NCBI GenBank assembly: GCA_043228905.1
Contig: JBHGNT010000004.1
Location: 7,440,001-7,504,000 of the forward strand
Source of the DNA: Azolla caroliniana
Taxonomy: Eukaryota; Plantae; Polypodiophyta
Direction of reading: 5' to 3'
Length of the DNA stretch: 64,000 nucleotides
Position 1 is the stretch's first letter. Each line of letters starts with the position of its first letter. Below, one piece after another: positions 11,342 to 25,369 of this stretch. Below the pieces are notes generated by a model. That model worked only from the letters and a program-made list of their open reading frames with translations, was not told the DNA's origin and made no database searches. The position numbers and the translations under genes were made by a program.

Positions 11342-14300
11342 TGTAAAAGAATACGTGTGCGGAAGCGTGTGCGTAAACACAGAGTACACAGTTCGGAAAA
11401 CGCAGAAAACACAGAGATGGAGAGACAGAGAGAGAGCAGACAACTTAGTTGTATTTCAAAAATAATGACGCTCTGTACATAGGACGTGCTCAATGAGCAT
11501 TTTTATACAAGTCCATACAGACTGTCATGTACTTCAATGCTCATAAATGAGCTCTACGCTAACTCCCAAAATATATTCCTACGCGGAATATCTTTCCAAC
11601 GGCCTCGCGGTTTACGCACCGCTACGGCCTATTGTGCCCACAGTTTTACGCACCCAGTTTACGCACTGGGTTACACACTCGATTGGGCACCGAATGTTGA
11701 GCTTGTCTCTCAACACTCCCCCTCAAGCTCAATTGGAGGTTCCATCTGCTCCTCCGGATCTACGCTCCGGTTCCTTTTGGCTTCACGCCTCGCTCGCGCT
11801 CCTCGACCCATTCGATTCCGCGCGCCCCGACCCTTCCGGTCCGCTTGTCTACTCATCCGGCCCTTCTCAGCTCCCTTGCTGTCGCGGTGTCGGCGCGTCC
11901 TTCGTTGCCCTTTTCTCTGCATGGCCATCAGTTGATTCGGCGTATCCGAATCAAACATTTTGATTGAATTGAACACTTTCGATTCAATTATGCTCTCATA
12001 TGAATTGGCAGTCTCCAATTCGTCTTTAGTCTTCAGGCCCTTAACAACATTAGACCACGTCTTGTTCTTGGCCTTATCTCCCCCTGATTCGGCTGTCTTC
12101 GACTCTTTCCTACGATTACGGCTCTTGCTTCTTTCTTCGGTTTCTTCAGCCGGTTCGAAATCAAATTCTTCGTCTGATTCCTCATCACGGTCACTTCCGC
12201 CGTGATGAACACCTCCGCTCCATTCACGCTCTTCTTCCTGTTCTTCCTTTCTCCCCCTCAAGTTCGGCGTGTCGAGGTGACACAACCCTAACCCACCTGA
12301 GAAATGCCGTAACTTATTGAGACCAAGAGGCTTCCTGCCGATCCGTCGGAACATGCGCTAGTTCGACTGCACTTGAAAGGACCCACTATCGGACAAAATG
12401 GTAATGCACCTCAATGTGCTTGGTCCAGGTGTGGAACATGGGGTTTTTCGCAAGGTGGATACTGTTGAGTTTGTTGCAATATGTCATTGTTGGATCCGAC
12501 ACCTCTACATGCAAGTCCTGTAGTAGCCGTTTCAACCAAATGACTTCTCACGTAGCAACAGTCGCCCCTCGATACTCAGCCTCCATGCTCGATACTGCTA
12601 CTGTCGGCTGCTTCTTACTGCTCCACGCGATTGCCGCACTTCGTAATGAGAATGCGTATCCAGATGTGGATCTACGATCGTAGGCATTTCCGGCTGAATC
12701 GGCATCCGTGTAGCTGACTAACTGTTCGACTACGCCTGCTCGATATAACAACGCCATGTCTTTCGTGCCACTTACATATCACAATATCCTTTGCGCACAC
12801 TGAAGGTGTTCGGTCATAGGTTGCGACATGAATTGACTAATTAAGCCGACCGGGTAGCTAAGATCCGGTCGAGTTATCGTCAAATAGATGAGGCTTTTGA
12901 CAATTTGTTGAAACTATGTCGGGTCGCATGCCTTTCCCGAATCTCAGCGAAGCTTTACGTTTCTGTCTAGAGGGGTCGAGATGGGCTTACAATTTGCCAT
13001 CCCGAACTTGAAGAGCATATTCAGTGCGTAATGACGCTGGCTGATCAATATGCCTTTGGGGGTACGGATCACTTCGATTCTGAGGAAGTAATGAAGGTCT
13101 CCGAGATCCTTCATTTCGAATGATGCTGCAAGTTGAGACTTTACATGGGGGATTTCGTTCAGGTTGGCACTGGTGATAAATAAATCATCAACATGCAATA
13201 GAAGACTTACCGAGCCATGTCGACCTTGCCGAACAAATAATGAAGAGTTAGACTTCGATGTCGAAAACCCCATCTTACGCAACCATTGCGTAATCTTTGT
13301 GTTCCATGCTCGCGGGGCTTGCTTGAGTCCATAAAGTGACTTCTTCAGTCGGCAAACTGCCGAGGTGTTCTGTTCGGATAGAAATCCGGGGGGCTGTACC
13401 ATGTACACCTGTTCCTCAAGATCAGCTTGCAGGAACACTTTCTTTGCATCCATATGATGTAAATGCCACCCCTTTGCTGCTGCTATGGCTAGCAAAACTC
13501 ACACGGTAGTCATCTTCATGTTAGGCGCGAAGGTCTCGTCGTAATCTACGTCGTGCTTCTACTCGTAGCCTTTCGCAACTAATTGGGCCTTATATCAGTT
13601 GATAGAGCCTTCGGTGTTGTATTTCACTTTATACACCCACCTGCATCAGATCGGCTTAACATCCTTCGGTGCGTCAACCAGGTCCCAAGTCTCATTGACT
13701 GTTAAAGCGCGCATCTCTTCCTCCATCACGGCACGCCAATTTGCGTCTTTCGCTGCTTCTGCATAGCTCTCCAGCTCACACACTTCCGCCACTCGCGTCA
13801 TGTACGCGTAATGATGCGCCATGTATTCATTATACCCGTATCTTTTTATGGGGTTCTTTTGGAGGGTAGATCGACGTAATTCGTGATTACCCGATTTCAC
13901 GGCCTTTCTGGCTGATTCTGACCTCTTCCGCGGAGGTTCCTTTATGATCGGCTCGATGTTAGATTCGCTCTGAACTGACTCGGCGCTACCGAAGTCGTAC
14001 TCCGCCATTTTCTTCTTGCCCTTCTTCGCGTGTGTAAACCATCTCCTCGGTTCTTTACGCGGGGACATCATGGTCGAGTCTCCACTACTCGTCGTCTCTT
14101 CAATAGGGGCCATTTTGGCCCAACCCTTCATTCGGCCCACTAAGCCAAAATGAGATCGGACTCTCTCTCAGAGCTCCGATGTCCTCATCATGCAGAGGCA
14201 TCTCAGTCTCGCTGACTTCTTCCTCAGAATTCAGAATGGAGTCGTGAGGTATTGGAGTTGAAGGCAGGTACCACAAAGTGGATTCGTCAAACACGACATC

Positions 14301-16762
14301 TCGACTTATGCGTACTTCCTTTGTTCGGGGGTTATAACATTTATACCCCTTCTGCTCGTCTGGATAGCCGACTAAGATGCACTTTTTGGCTTTGGCGTCC
14401 AACTTCCTCCTCTTTTCCTTTGGCACATGCACATATGCAATGCTACTGAAAATCCTCAAGTGTGCCAAGTTTGGCCTCTTTCCGAAATATAGCTCACGTG
14501 GTGACACTCCTCAATTAGGAGAAGTCTGATTCTGCAAGTAGACAGCCGTCCTCACGGCTTCGGCCCAATAAAATTTCGGAATATGCTTCTCTTCAAGCAT
14601 TGCCCTAGCCACTTCTCCGATTGTCTGATTCTTCCGCTCGGCCACGCCGTTTTGCTGCGGCTTGTATCTACACGAGAATTCGCGTCGAATTCCCTCCTTC
14701 TGTAGATAACTTGTGAACTGGTCGAGAAGTACTACTTCCCACCATCAAACTGTAGGCATTTGATCTTACGCCTTGTTTCCCTTTCCGCAAGGCTCTTCAC
14801 CTTCAGGAAACATGCGAAGACTTCTCTCTTCTTCGCGATCGTGCGTACCCACGTGTGCCGAGTGAAGTCGTCGATGAAGGTTACAAAGTAATGGCTTCCA
14901 CTGAGACTCACATTCTGTGCCAGTCCCCACACATATGAGTGGATCAAGTCAAGCGGATTATAGCTCCAATTACGCTCGTTGGGGAATGGAAGTCGGTGTT
15001 GTTTACCCATCTGGCAGGCTTCACAGACTTGGCTATTACGGCCCCGAAATTTCGGGAAGCTGAAGACAGTGTTCTTCGTCGGCATCTCACGAAGCCATGG
15101 GAAATTTACATGGCTGAACTGCTTGTGCCATAGGTCGATATCCGATTCGACCTTTTGTCCTGTTGCGTACAACGTAGTTCCGGCTTGATTAGTGTCAAGG
15201 ATAAACATCCTCCCTTGACGGCGCCCTTGCACGATTACTTTGCCTTCCTCTTCTATGAAGCAGCCAAGATGCGTGAATCCAACTTGCATACCTTGGTCCA
15301 CAATCTGTCCGACCGACACAAGGTTCTTGGTTATTGTCGGGACGTGTAACACGTTCATGAGCTTCCCTTTCTGCCCGATGTGGCTGAGGGGAACTTCACT
15401 GACATGTTCGATGGTATGCGGAGTGTCGTCTCCGGTTTAAACCACTCCTTGCGATTTCGGTTTCTCCAAGTACGAGAACCATTCCTCGTGACTCGTCATA
15501 TGATTTGACGCTCCGGAATCAACGTACCACACCTCGCTTGATTTCGAGGTGTTCACGGCCATAGAATTGGCCTTATGCTTCATTACAAAGGCTGGGCCTG
15601 ATTTGTTTTCAGCTCGTTCAGAGCCTTCTGGGTAGTGCGATCTCTAACGCCTCTCTACGTCACTTTGGCTCGATCCGGCTTTGTCCGAATCAGCTTGTTT
15701 CTTCCAACACTCATTCTCCTTGTGGCCTTTCTTGCCACAGTACTAGCATTCCGACGCGGCCTTCTCTTACCGGCTTCCAGCGCTGTCATAACCCCCCCTA
15801 CTTGTGGAGGGTCCGGAACTGCTGTCAACATTTCGATTATGTCGCCTGTTCTGCTCTTGTCGGCCGCCTCTACTGCACACCAATCCGCCTCATCCACCAC
15901 GACCATGGGGCCTATCTTCCTATGTGTACAACATCTTGTCGTCGGCGTGCGTACTCGTCGATGCACCTGCATGATTTTCCTCTACGAGCAACATTGACTG
16001 AAGCTCGAAGAACGAAGGCGTATTCTCCCTCGTACAGACCACCGTTCGGAAGGCTTCAAACCTGGATGCTAGCCCACCAAGGCAAACCAACACCATTTCA
16101 TCTTCCTCAATGTTTACGTTGACGGAGGCGAGAGAATCACAGTTTTCCTTGATTCATGCCGTGTAATTAGCCACAGACAGATCTTTCTGCCAAACATTGC
16201 TGAGCTCCTGCCTGAGCTGCAGCTTCCTGGCCGTTGTGCTTGCGGCGAAAATCTTTTTGAGATTCGCCCACGTGTCCTTTGGCGTCTTAGCATCCCGAAT
16301 TAGCTCAACAGCTGGTCGCTCACACAGGATGCAAAGCAGTAGAGAACTCTGCTTGCTGCTTGTTCCCAAGCTGAAAAATCTCTGTGTGTTGAATCGGGTG
16401 CTACATCATTAGCTCCTTTGACATAACTCTAGTAGCCGTGACCAAGCAAGTACTGGTGCATCTTGTACGACCAAGATGCGTAGTTGCTCCTATTGAGCTT
16501 TTTAGTCGGTAGCGAGCTTCCCATACCTCTGTCCATATTATTGTCTTTTTCTTTTCCGAAAAAAAACGAAGAACAACTTCAACTCTTTTTTGTCGCAAGC
16601 TTGTCGGCTGCAGAGGACTTCAACCCTCGCGCTCTGATACCATGTAAAAGAATACATGTGCGGAAGCATGTGCGTAAACATAGAGTACACAGTTCGGAAA
16701 TAAGATTGTTCGGAAAACTTAGAAAACACAGAGATGGAGAGACAGAGAGACAGCAGAAACTA
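11342..16762 (-). mobile_element. Ty1/copia element D inserted antisense into C
   Basis: 3' LTR 11342-11715; PPT 11716-11729; RNase H 12548-12757; RT 12944-13495; integrase 14100-15358; gag; PBS 16631-16642; 5' LTR truncated (16643-~16762). Confidence 0.93.
11710..12354 (-). CDS. C-terminus of D pol extended by ~180 aa of highly charged sequence up to the LTR
   Basis: 214-aa open frame: the RNase H tail (KPLGLNKLRHF..NLRGR) continues without a stop to the PPT (LEGEC). Confidence 0.45.
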   Translation of the reverse strand: MFRRIGRKPLGLNKLRHFSGGLGLCHLDTPNLRGRKEEQEEEREWSGGVHHGGSDRDEESDEEFDFEPAEETEERSKSRNRRKESKTAESGGDKAKNKTWSNVVKGLKTKDELETANSYESIIESKVFNSIKMFDSDTPNQLMAMQRKGQRRTRRHRDSKGAEKGRMSRQADRKGRGARNRMGRGARARREAKRNRSVDPEEQMEPPIELEGEC

Positions 16763-17079
16763 GATGTATGACACATTTCGGAAGTTAGATTGAATCTGAT
16801 ATCAATCGGTCGGCTGGATGATGAAGGATACATGGGTAGCATCCAGAATGTAGTTATGAAGTCTTGTAAGGGAAACCTAATCATGGCTCGAGCCTGAAAG
16901 ACAAACACACTGTATCTAATGCATCCCTAGTATGTCAGGAAGAAGTAAACGTGGCAGCCGACACAACCGGTGAGCTGTGGCATAAGAGGCTATGCCAAAT
17001 GAGCCAAAAGGGAATGTAGATGCTAGTTGAGAAAAAACTCCTACCAGAGGTGAAGAAAGTGCATTTGGGTATAAGGGTG

Positions 17080-20000
17080 TGTGAGGAATAGCGCGGAATA
17101 CTGCTCAACCACAACCGAGTCTTGAATTACATCGATAAGAGTGCAACACAGGAATGAGAATAGACGTACACACAAAAGAGAGTACACAAGATGTTTACGT
17201 GGAAAACCTTGAATGGGAAAAACCACGGGAGCCCACAGACTCCAACTATCACTATGAAGAAACGAGGGTACAGTCAGAGACTTGGAGGCAACGACCTCGA
17301 GCTCTGTTTCTTCGCCAAAGCAGTAGTTACAACAGAGTATTTCTTTGTATCTCACACTCTCTCTATCGCTCTTACTTTGTACAACAATATATCAACAACA
17401 ATAACAACACACATACATACACCTAAAGTGATTGCCCTAAGTCATATTTATACTTATATGAACTTAGGGCTATTTACAAATGTAGCCTCAATAGGCTTAC
17501 TCAAGACATATTTACAAATCTGTCTTCTCTTTCGGTTCTCACCGGGTCTATCCGATCCGGTTTCCGGATCTCTTCAGTCACAACCGGATCCCACCCGAGG
17601 GACCGATTTCCCAACAATCTACCCCTTCACTCTGGCATGGGATGTCTTGTTAGTCCGATCCGCTTTCGGCACGCGTCCAACTTGTCAGTCGTCAACACCT
17701 TGGTCAGCATATCTGACCCGTTCTCCTCCGTGTGGATCTTTGTCAGCATGAACTCTTGATCTTCTACTCTCTCCCGGATCCAGTGGTACCTCCGCTGGAT
17801 ATGTTTCGTCCGGGAATGGTAGGCCATGTTCTTTGCAAGGTGGATGGCACTTTGACTACCGTAGTAGAGCCGGTATTCCTCTTGTTGGATCCCTAGCTCT
17901 CTGATGAAGTCCTTCATCCAGATTATCTCCTTGTTGCTTCTACAGCTGCCATGTACTCCGCTTCCGTGGTTTACAACGCAACAGTCTTCTGCAGCCTCGA
18001 TGGCCATGATACAGCTCCCCTTGCATAAGTCATGACATATCTGATGTAGACTGTCTAGTATCCACATCAGCCGACATATCCGAATCCGTGAATCTGTCAA
18101 GTTGGGGATTACCAGAGCCGAACCGGAGGTACATACTCGAGGTGCCTTTCATGTACTGGAGTATCCACTTGACCGCGTTCCAATGCTCTTTGCCGGGATT
18201 GCTCATGAACCGGCTCACCACTCTGACTGCATATCCGATATCCGACCGGGTACATACCATTGCGTACATCAATCTCCCGACGACAGAGGCATATGGTATC
18301 TTCATCATATCCTCTCCTTCATCTTTGTCCTCAGGCTTTGTTTTCCGGATAGCTTGTAGTTTGCTGGAAGTGTCGATCTGACCGGTTTTGCCTCTGACAT
18401 GTTGACCTTTGGAGTACCTTTGTCACGTACTTTTCCTGTGACAACCACAACAACTTCTTCGACTGGTCCCAGATGATGTGCAATCCCAATATCTGTCTTG
18501 CCGGCCCCAAGTCTTTCATTGAGAAGGTCCGGTTCAGAGCCTTCTTCAGCATCCGTATCTGGACTTGGTCTCGTCCGACGATCAACATATCATCCACATA
18601 TAGGAGGAGTATCAAGAAATCTCCTCCGTCAAATTTCTTCACAGACACGCAGTGATCGGCTTGCGTTTTGTGGTACCCTTGGTCAGTCATGGAGTCGAAC
18701 TTCTGGTACCATCGTCGGGGGGCTTGCTTCAATCCGTATAGGCTCTTCTTTAGCCGGCACACCCGGTGCTCCTTCCCTTTCTTCTCAAATCCTTCCGGTT
18801 GATGCATGTAGATTTCTTCTTTGAGGTTGCCATGTAGGAATGCCGTCTTGATGTCCAGTTGCTCTACCTCGAGATCCATGCTGGCCGTTGTGGCCAATAC
18901 CTTCCGGATGGATGTCATCTTTACTACCCAGGCAAAGATCTCATTGAAGTCCACTCCTTTCTTCTTCTGGAACCCCTTCACCACAATTCGGGCCTTATAC
19001 CTTGGTGGATTTCCGGCATCTCTCGGTTTCAACCTGTATACCCGCTTGTTCTGGAGTGCTCTCTTCCCTTTCGGCAACTCCATTAGTTCATATGTATGGT
19101 TCTCATGCAGGGAATCATCTCATTCCGCATGGCAGTCAACCACTTGCGGCTGTGGGTGTCTCTCTTTGCTTCTTCAAAGCTTTCCGACTCCCCCTCATCG
19201 ATTAGCAACACATGCTTTGCATCCGGAAATCTCCGGGGAGCTCTTCTCTCTCGGAGAGGATATCTCCGTCCTTGGTTTCTGACTACCGGTTCCTCCGTTT
19301 GTTCCTCATCCGAATCTGATTCGGGATCTTGTCCGGTTCTGGTGTCTTCTTCTTCTTTGGTCAGTTCGGTTTCTTGTCTGTATCCGGCCGGTTCGTCGAG
19401 TGCCATCCAGTTACCGGCTAACATCCAATTTTCAACCGTGTATATCCTTGTGTCCTCAAGCCGGTCTTCATTGGATGATCTAGAGTTCATCATCTTCTTC
19501 TCTGACTCCCAGTCAGCAATGGTCCTATCTTCCATGAAGACTATGTCCCGACTCCGGAACACCTTCTTGTTGACTAGATCCCACACCCGGTAACTGAACT
19601 CATCATCGCCGTATCCAAGGAATATGCATGGCCTGGACTTCGGATCCTGCTTTCCTCTCTTGTCCTTTGCAACATGCACATATGCGAAACATCGTAACAC
19701 CTTTAGATGCCGGTAAGCTACATCTTTACCGGTCCATACTTTCTGAGGTGAGTCTCCTTCCAAGGGTGCTGAGGGTGATCTATTTATCACATAGGTCGTC
19801 GTCGTCAGCCCCTTAGCCCAAAACTTCTTGGGTAACTTTGCTAGCATGCTCCGAACTCTCTCCATTATGGTCCAATTCATCCTTTCGGCCAACCCATTTA
19901 GTTTTGGCGTCTTCGGCACAGTAAACTTGAGCCGGATTCCCTTTGACTGACAGTACTCCTCGAACTGCCCCCAGTATTCTCCTCCATTATTTGCTCGAAC

Positions 20001-22227
20001 CGCTTTCAGCTTCCGGCCAGTTTCTCTTTCCACTCTCGCGTGGAGCTCCTTGAAGACGGATAACACCTGATCCTTCGTCTTCAATGGTGAGACCCACAAC
20101 TTCTGGCTGTGGTCATCTATGAACGTCACAAAGTACTACAATCCGGCATGTGACTTCATGTCCACTTGACACACATCGGTATGCACTAGCTCCAGTGGTG
20201 CATTCCGTCTCATCGGTGGTCTTGACCGGAAGGAGGTTCGGTTTGCTTGTCAGCCAAGCAATCGGTGCACTTCTCAAGTTGCACGTCCTTCACCGGAATG
20301 AGGTTTTCTTCGGCAAACCTCTTCATCCCCTTCTCACTCATGTGCCACAGTCTTTTGTGCCACAGCTCACCAGCAGTGCTGGATGCTACGTTCACTTCTT
20401 CTTCCCGGCATATCCGGGCATTCATCAAGTACAATGTGTTGATCTTCTGGGCTTGAGCCACTATCAAGCTTCCCTCGCTAAACTTCATAACACCATTCCA
20501 GATGTTACCCGTGTAGCCTTCATCATCTAGCCGACCGGTTGATATCAGGTTCAGTCGAACCTCCGAAACGTGTTAGACATCCTTCAGCAACAATTTGCAT
20601 CTGGTTGATGTCGTCAACAATACATCTCCTATGCCGATGTTTCGGCATGTACCTTCATTCCCCATCTGGACACAACCATGATCACCGGCTGTGTAGGATG
20701 AGAAGCATTTCCGATCCGGTGTCAGGTGGAATGACGTTCCGGAATCAACAACCCACGTTGTCTTGTCGCCAACAAGGTTTAACTCATTCTCTTGGGTAAT
20801 GAGCATCAGTTCTTCTTCACTTGTCATGATTGCCGACGTTCCCTTCTGATCCGGGCGTCTCCGGTCCGAACCGTTTTGGTCCGAACTCTTCTTCGAATCA
20901 GTAGTGCCGGTTTCTTTCTTCTTCTGGAAATGCCGACAGTTCTTCTGGAAGTGTCCCGGCTTCCTGCAATAGAAGCATGTGGGCCTCCCTCTTGACTTCA
21001 ACCTTGTCCCTGATTTGTCCCGGTTTTGGGGACTCCGATACCGGCCTCTTCCCCGATTGTGGTCATCTTCCGTGACTAAGGCCTTCAGATCGGTTCCGGA
21101 CTCCTGGTCCTTTCGACGAGCTTCTTCTTCTAGCAAGCTTGATTTTACCCTTGCTAGGGACAACAGTTTTCCTTCCGGCCCGACGTTGCCCAACGTGACA
21201 ACTAACGTCTCCCAGTTATCCGGGAGGGAACCGAGCAGGAGCAATGCAAGTACCTCATCGGAGAGAGGTACTTCCAAAGAGGTTGCTCGATGCATCAACC
21301 CTTGGAAGGCATTCATGTGCTCCGCCATACTGGAGCCGTCTTGATACCGGAGCCTCAATAGCTTCCGGAATACCGAAACCTGATTAACAACATTCTTGTT
21401 TTGGAACATGATGCTGATCTTCTCCCAGAGTTCATGAGCCTTGCTCTCTTCATTGAAGTTGTTGTATAGGCTCATGTCGATGAAGCACCGGATGTAGGCC
21501 ATCCTCTTCATGTGCATCACCTCCCACACTATGGCGTCGATCTTATCCGGTCTCTTGTCCCTGAACTGAACCGGCAACCAAAGATCTTTAACCACCAGCA
21601 TGTCCCTCATCTTCGACTTCCACACTGAGTAGTTGGAGCCGGTGAGCTTGAACTTCCATTTCTTGTGTTGTTTGCTCTGATACCAGTTTGTGAGGAATAG
21701 TGCGGAATACTGCTCGACCATGACTGAGTCTTGAATAACTTTGATAAGAGTGCAACACTGGAATGAGAATAGACGTACACACAAAAGAGAGTACACAAGA
21801 TGTTTACGTGGAAAACCCTGAATGGGAAAAACCATGGGAGCCCACAGACTCCAACTATCACAATGAAGAAAAGAGGGTATAATCAGAGACTTGGAGACAA
21901 CGACCTTGAGATCTGTTTCTTCGCCAACCGGCGGTTACAACAAAATATTTCTCTATATCTCACACTCTCTCTCTGTAGCTCTCACTCTGTACAACAATAC
22001 ATCAACAACAATAACAACACACATACATACACCTAAAGTGATTGCCCTAAGTCATATTTATACTTATATGAACTTAGGGCTATTTACAAATGTAGCCTCA
22101 ATAGGCTTACTCAAGACATATTTACAAATCTGTCTTCTCTTTCGGTTCTCACCGGGTCCATCCAATCCAGTTTCCGGATCTCTTCATTCACAACCGGATC
22201 CCATTTGGAGGGACCGATTTTCCAACA
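17080..22227 (-). mobile_element. Structurally complete Ty1/copia element E (Tnt1/Tto1-like) with perfect TSD
   Basis: LTRs 17080-17616 and 21689-22227 (TG..CA); TSD GGGTG at 17075-17079 and 22228-22232; PBS 21674-21685; PPT ~17617-17631. ORF pieces 20573-21835 (gag, CFYCRKPGHFQKNC, WVVDSG), 19083-20129 (integrase) and 18331-19083 (RT, LYVDDML). Confidence 0.97.
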
Positions 22228-25200
22228 GGGTGCCCATTGCCTAGCCAACAAATAGAATGAAGCTGCGTTCCGACGAAGGCCTCTGATTTGGAGGAAAACT
22301 GCTTTGGAACTTGTACACACCGATGTATGCTATGTAGATGCTAAATCTCATTCGGATGGATAGTACTTTGTTACCTTCATTGATGATTACAGTTGTAAGT
22401 TGTGGGCCAACATGCTGAAGACAAAGGATCAAGTACTAGGTGTTTTCAAGGAGTTCCAAGTGAGAGCCGAGAGAGAAACTGACCGAAAACTAAACGCGGT
22501 CCGAACGGACAATGGCGATGAATACTAAGGGCATTTCAAAGAGTACTGCTGAACCCAATGTATTCGACTAGAGTATATAGTGTCGAAGTCGCCAGAACTG
22601 AATGGGATGGCCGAGCGAATGGGAGAGAGTCCGATGTATGCTGGCACATGCGAAATTGCCGAAGTTTTACTGGGCCGAGGCGCTGATGACAGTTGTGTAT
22701 ATGATAAACAGGTCTCCCTTGGTTCCACTGGAAGGTGACATACCACAAAGGGTATGGTCCAACAAAGAGGTGTCATATCGACATCTAAGAGTATCCGGTT
22801 GCCTGGTCTATGTGAATATAGCTAAGGACCAGAGGAGGAAACTCGATCCCAAGAGCTGACCGTGCCTATTTCTCTGCTATGGTGAAGATGAACTCGTCTA
22901 TCGGCTATGGGAGCTAATCAAGAAGAAGGTGATTAGGAGTTGAGACATCATCTTCATGGAAGAGAAGAAGATTGTTGATTGGGAAATTGAGAATAAGTCT
23001 CCAACTACCGAATCGAGTAGAAGTCGATTCGATCGAAATCGAATATGAGTCAGTCAGCCTATTTAATACTTGGAAAAATTGAGAACCAAGTGAAGAACAA
23101 GGGGAACTAGCGGAACAAGGAACCGAATTCGACTTGGCCGAAGAAATCAAAGAAGAACCGATTATGCCGAATGGAGGTAAAAGATATCTCCTAATAGAAA
23201 GAAGGCCTGGCCGAAGATTTCCGGATGAAGAGCGTGTACTGCTAACCAATGTCGGGGAGCTGGAAAGCTTTGAAGAAGCTAAGAACGATACCCACAATCA
23301 AAAGTGGTAAAGTGCCATGCAAGAGCAGATGGATTCCTTGCATGGGAACCACACATACGAACTGACCAAGTTGCCGAAAGGGAAAAGGGCACTCCAGAAT
23401 AAGTGGGTATACAAATTAAAGTCGAGAGATGGTGGGAATGCACCCAGCTACAAAACATAAATTGTTGTGAATGGCTTTCAGCAGAAGAAGGGTGTGGATT
23501 TTGACGAAATATTTGCCCCGGTTGTGAAAATGACGTCAATCCGAACACTGTTGAGCATAGCTGCCAACATGGACCTTGAAGTCAAGCAACTAGACGTCAA
23601 GATTGCTTTCCTTCATGGAGATTTGTAGGAAGATATTTACATGCACCATCTAGAAGGATTCGAAGAAAACTGGTATGCTGATTGAGAAAGAGCATGTATG
23701 GGCTGAAGCAGGCACCTCGGCAATGGTACCGAAAGTTTGAATCTTTCATAATGGATCATGGTTTTAGCAAGACACAAGCTGATCATTGTGTCTTTGTCAA
23801 GAAGTATGATGGAGGAGATTTTCTCATCCTCTGGTTGTATGTTGATGACATGTTAATTGTTGGACAAGACTAGAGGAAAATGGGAAGTTTGAAAAAGGCC
23901 TTGCGTAGGTAGTTTGCAATGAAGGATATGGGTCCGGCAAAGTAAATTCAGGGTATGCACATTGTTCGAGATCGGACAAAGAAATTTTTGTAGTTGTCAC
24001 AGGAGAAGTAAGTGACAAAGGTGGTCCAGAGATTCGGCATGGAAAGCGCAAAACTGGTCGGCTCGACACTACCGACAAGCTATAAGTTGTCCAGAAGCCA
24101 GAGTCCGAAATTGAAAACCGAGAAGGCTGAGATGTCAAAAGTCCCTTATGCCTCGACATTCGGAAGCCTGATGTACGTGATAGTTTGTATCAGGCTGAAC
24201 ATCGGATACGTTGTCAGAGTCGTCAACCGATATAGGAGAAATCCTGAAAGAGAACATTGGGTAGCGGTCAAGTGGATACTTCGGTACTTACGAGGCACCT
24301 CAAGCGTGTGCCTCCGATTCGGCTCAAGTAACCCCACATTGGAAGGTTATATGGATTTAGACATGTCGACTGATGTGGATACCAGTCGATCCATGTCCGG
24401 ATGCATAATGACGTATGCAAGGGGGGTTGTCTCATGGTAGTCAAGGCTGCAGAAGGCCGTGTTGTTGTCGACCACGGAAGCCGAGTATATGGCCGCAACG
24501 GAATCCGGCAATGAGATAATTTGGATGAAGGAGTTCATCAGAGAATTGGGAATTCGGCAAAAGAAATTCTGACTCCACTGTGATAACCAGAGTGCCATCC
24601 ACCTTGCGAAGAATGCCGCCTACCACTTGAGGACCAAGCACATTCAAAGAAGATACCATTGGCTTCGAGAGTGAGTAGAAGAAAAGGAGTTTACTTTAGT
24701 AAAGATCCACACAAACGACAACGGGTCAGACATGTTGATGAAGGTGTTACTGGTGGAGAAGCTGAGTGCATGCCGACAAAGAGTCAGATTGGAGAAGTAC
24801 CCCATGTCGTAGTGAAGGGGAGTTTGTTGGGAAATAGGTCCCTCCGGATGGGAAGAGAACAAACCGAATCGGATGGCTGAAATTGAAAACCGAAACCGAA
24901 ATTGAGAGACCATATATGTAAATAGTCTAAATGTGCCCTTGTGGGCTATGCATGTAAATAGCCAAAAAGTTGTATGTACGTATAAATACAGCTAGGGCAA
25001 ACTTTAGTGTAGTGGAATGATTATAGTTGCAATAAGTTACACAGTGGGTTGTTGCCTTGGTAACTGAGTCTAAGTGACAGTAGGTGAGTGAGAACGGAGT
25101 TGTAACTTTGTAATCGTCTGAAGACGAAGAAGAAATCAAGGTCGTTGCCTTCGAGTGTCTTATTGTATATTCCTCCTACCAAATAGTGATATGTTTGGAG

Positions 25201-25369
25201 TACGAGGACTCTATGTGGTTTTTCCCTTTTCAATTTTTCCACGTTAAATCTTGTCTCTCTGCACTTGTGTTTTCTGTCTTCTAGTTTTTTTGTCTATGCA
25301 CTATCTTTCTTGATCTTTGCACCCGAATATTATAAGTGTAACTAGTTGTGGCCGGTTCCGATCTTAACA

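Larger units (their letters stand above)
9833..25369 (+). mobile_element. Ty1/copia element C (Tnt1/Tto1-like), interrupted by D and E
   Basis: 5' LTR ~9833-10320 (first ~57 bp lost); PBS TGGTATCAGAGC at 10323-10334; gag (KLTGSNYSVWK); protease (WVVDSGASFH). Coding resumes at 16763 and 22233 with integrase, RT (LYVDDML) and RNase H. PPT ~24812-24824; 3' LTR 24825-25369. Confidence 0.92.

Noticed and set aside
17080-22227. Active autonomous element
   Set aside because: Although structurally complete, gag-pol is broken into several ORFs by stops and frameshifts, and the LTRs have diverged.
8109-25369. 8109 LTR as the 5' LTR of element C
   Set aside because: It is far more diverged from 24825-25369 than 9833-10320 is, and it has no PBS after it.
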